DNA of 64,000 bases from Phoronis australis (lineage: Eukaryota > Animalia > Phoronida). A model generated the notes under the pieces. That model did not search any database. It saw only the letters and a list, made by a program, of their open reading frames with translations, and was not told the DNA's origin. Made by a program: the position numbers and the translations under genes. Shown here piece by piece: positions 61,668 through 64,000 of this stretch; the first letter of the stretch is position 1; every line of letters starts with the position of its first letter. The stretch lies in assembly GCA_002633005.1 (NCBI GenBank), contig NMRA01000003.1:2344075-2408074 (forward strand). Direction: 5' to 3'.

Positions 61668-61924
61668 AGACAGCAGTTAAGAGCTCATTGTATTAACAGC
61701 AGCAGTTAAGAATTCATCGTATAAAATCAAAAGTTAAGAAGTCGTTGTATGTAAACGACAAAAGTTAAGAATTCATCATATAAGCAGCCAAAGTTACGAA
61801 TTCATCATATAAACAGCAAAAGTTAAGAATTCATCGTATAAACAGCAAAAGTTAAGAATTCATCGTATAAACAGCAAAAGTTAAGAATTCATCGTATAAA
61901 CAGCAAAAGTTAAGAATTCATCAT
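61668..61924. repeat. 29-bp minisatellite (AACAGCAAAAGTTAAGAATTCATCGTATA), about 9 units
   Basis: Directly visible tandem array. Confidence 0.95.
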
Positions 61925-63328
61925 CAACTGCTAAACAGCAGTGTCCCTCTTGTGGCATTCTGAAACCTGAAGCAGGTATTTCTTGGAATACTGTAGTTAC
62001 AAGCCAGATGTGGCCAAATGTCTTACATTTCCCTTAGACAGGAAACACTTTAGGGAACTAATGCAGCCACAGAACTTAACTTGTTTCCTCTCCTGTAGGC
62101 TGACAGATGTAATCACCTCCCTCATCCTCCTAATTAGGAATGACATTATTTTTTAAAAGGTGTATCTAGACGTTTAAGGTGTTGCACTTGTTTTTCTCTT
62201 AACCATGGTGTTAAAAGTACATGATGGTTTAACAAACTTTTGTGGAGTGAACTCTACTCGCTGGTTGAGATCTGCACCATTATGAATCATCAATAGAATC
62301 CAATTTCAATGTCAACTTTTTGACATGATGTTTTTTCATTATGAACTGAATTTTGTTTTCCATTAACTGACGATTATCAAGAAGTGCTTCAAAATGTTTT
62401 GTGCGCCCGAAGAGCGCTAGCCACATTACTCAGTTTGACAGGCTCAGCCATAGATCCTTATTGAAAGTGCATATTATACTGTACTTTTTATGCCAGTCTC
62501 CAAATTTTACTTGAAGTTAGCATGTTTGCCATTTTATAGGCACCGTGGGTGTATGAGTTGGTCAGATCAAATTTGGGTCCCAATTATAAGTATTACAAGG
62601 TTACTTAATGACTACTGGAAATGTTGTTTTTATAATGCTATTCCTGCAGACATGAAGTGTTCCTTAAATTTTCTGTTACAGACTTGGAATTTTTTTAAAA
62701 TTATGAACATCTCATTGAGTCAATTTAAAGGAGCAAATCCAAACACCTCCAGTTCATCAGATTTTAGTGTATGTGAACTTACCTTGCTACAAGCGGGAAT
62801 CTGTAGGCTGTCATTTTAGTTTGAACCGCAATTCTTTTATCATGTAAATAATAACCAATATTCAAGTGTCATTTTTCAGTTTTAAGTAGTCCCTTTTTCA
62901 TCAGTAAATGTGCCCCTGTGCACCTGTCATATTCTAGTTTTAACTTGTCCTTTCATCTTCAAGTCGTATTCATCAAAATTCAGTTTTAACTAGGTCTGCA
63001 TGGCATGAATTAATGAAGTCATATCCATCATGCTCACAGCCCATTGTGCAATACGAGTGTTTTTATTTCATTTACCCTTATGCTATTCAAGTGTTCAGAA
63101 CTGTGATAGGAACTGTGACTGGCAGTTCCACAATTAACCTGATGATGTTCTTACCCTGTGGGGCACTTATGGCCAGTAATTACGCAGCATGGATCCCAGG
63201 GAATTCGAGATGCCAACTAAAATTACTTCGAACCGAAATGCCGTCATATTTGACAAAATTTACCTCGTATTTGTCCGTCACATTTCGGTTTTCAGCTTGT
63301 ATTGTTGCTATGTACACATAGTCAATAA

Positions 63329-63391
63329 ATTCAGTTTTAACTAGTTGAGATTCAGTTTTAACTAGTTGAGATTCAGTTTTAACTAGTTGAG
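63329..63391. repeat. 21-bp tandem repeat (ATTCAGTTTTAACTAGTTGAG) x3
   Basis: Three perfect units. Confidence 0.95.
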
Positions 63392-64000
63392 TTCGTCCAG
63401 CGTAAATGTACTCATATTCTGCAGTCTGTAGTCTGTTACAGTTTCAACCAATTTGTTGTTAAGAACTAAGAACGTGCATGATCCGTTACACATTTGGGTC
63501 TCATTCTCGAGCGGGGGGAGGGGGTAATCTGGCAATACAATTTCTATTTTTTATGAATCGTTCTGCTGCACTTCCTGTTTGGTAATTAGTTTGAGAAATT
63601 TCGTGTTTGGAATTAAACGATATTCACATAGAACAGTGCATTCTGACTGTTTGTTTTATTATACGTTTGTAGAAATATGGGCTAAGCTGTACAAGAAGAC
63701 AGTTTACATATAATCATTAAGATGCTAATAAGAGATAAAATATTAGTGGCTGTTCGCTGAAAAAAAATCTGTATAAATCTTTTTGTTGTCTGACAAGTCT
63801 ACCAATTTTAAAAAGAATCAGTAACATGATGCATTTTATTCCCCCATTGGTAGTCAATGCATATTGCTGTGTTAGGCCAGTGGCCTTATACAAGAAATAA
63901 ACTTCAATATTATAAATAATCAACAACACCTACAGTGATATTTGAAACACCAAGGTGGAAGTAATTAGGTGACTACTTGCTCAGGCTCAGCTAGGAACCA

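Noticed and set aside
61668-61924. CRISPR-like 29-bp repeats
   Set aside because: No spacers; a simple head-to-tail minisatellite.

Overview
AT-rich eukaryotic genomic DNA, most likely from an invertebrate animal. It has spliceosomal introns, dense non-autonomous transposons and one 308-N gap. I found no prokaryotic operon, CRISPR array or rRNA/tRNA gene. Genes: (1) the first three coding exons of IFT27/RABL4 on the minus strand (5999-6035, 1191-1270, 76-135), too short for the ORF track and continuing beyond the window start; (2) an unidentified head-to-head partner starting 260 bp away (ATG 6296, MADS micro-exon) with candidate downstream exons; (3) a single-coding-exon class A peptide GPCR of the FMRFamide/myosuppressin/sex-peptide receptor-like group (27612-28955, minus), with candidate uORF-bearing 5' UTR exons, possibly nested in an intron of gene 2. 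Much of the rest is a varied transposon fossil record: Kolobok-like TTAA elements chained end to end, with THAP and KolX-like stubs; a Kolobok-like element built from two copies of its own 5' end; Helentron-associated (DINE-1/HINE-like) elements with a ~445-bp trimeric higher-order repeat; Tc2/pogo-like, hAT, Harbinger-like and mariner-like MITEs; a decayed DD37D (maT) transposase; a solo LTR; tRNA-derived SINEs; and minisatellites. Most short ORFs in the supplied track look like noise. All alignments were done by eye, and family assignments rest on termini, target-site duplications and recalled protein motifs, not on database searches.
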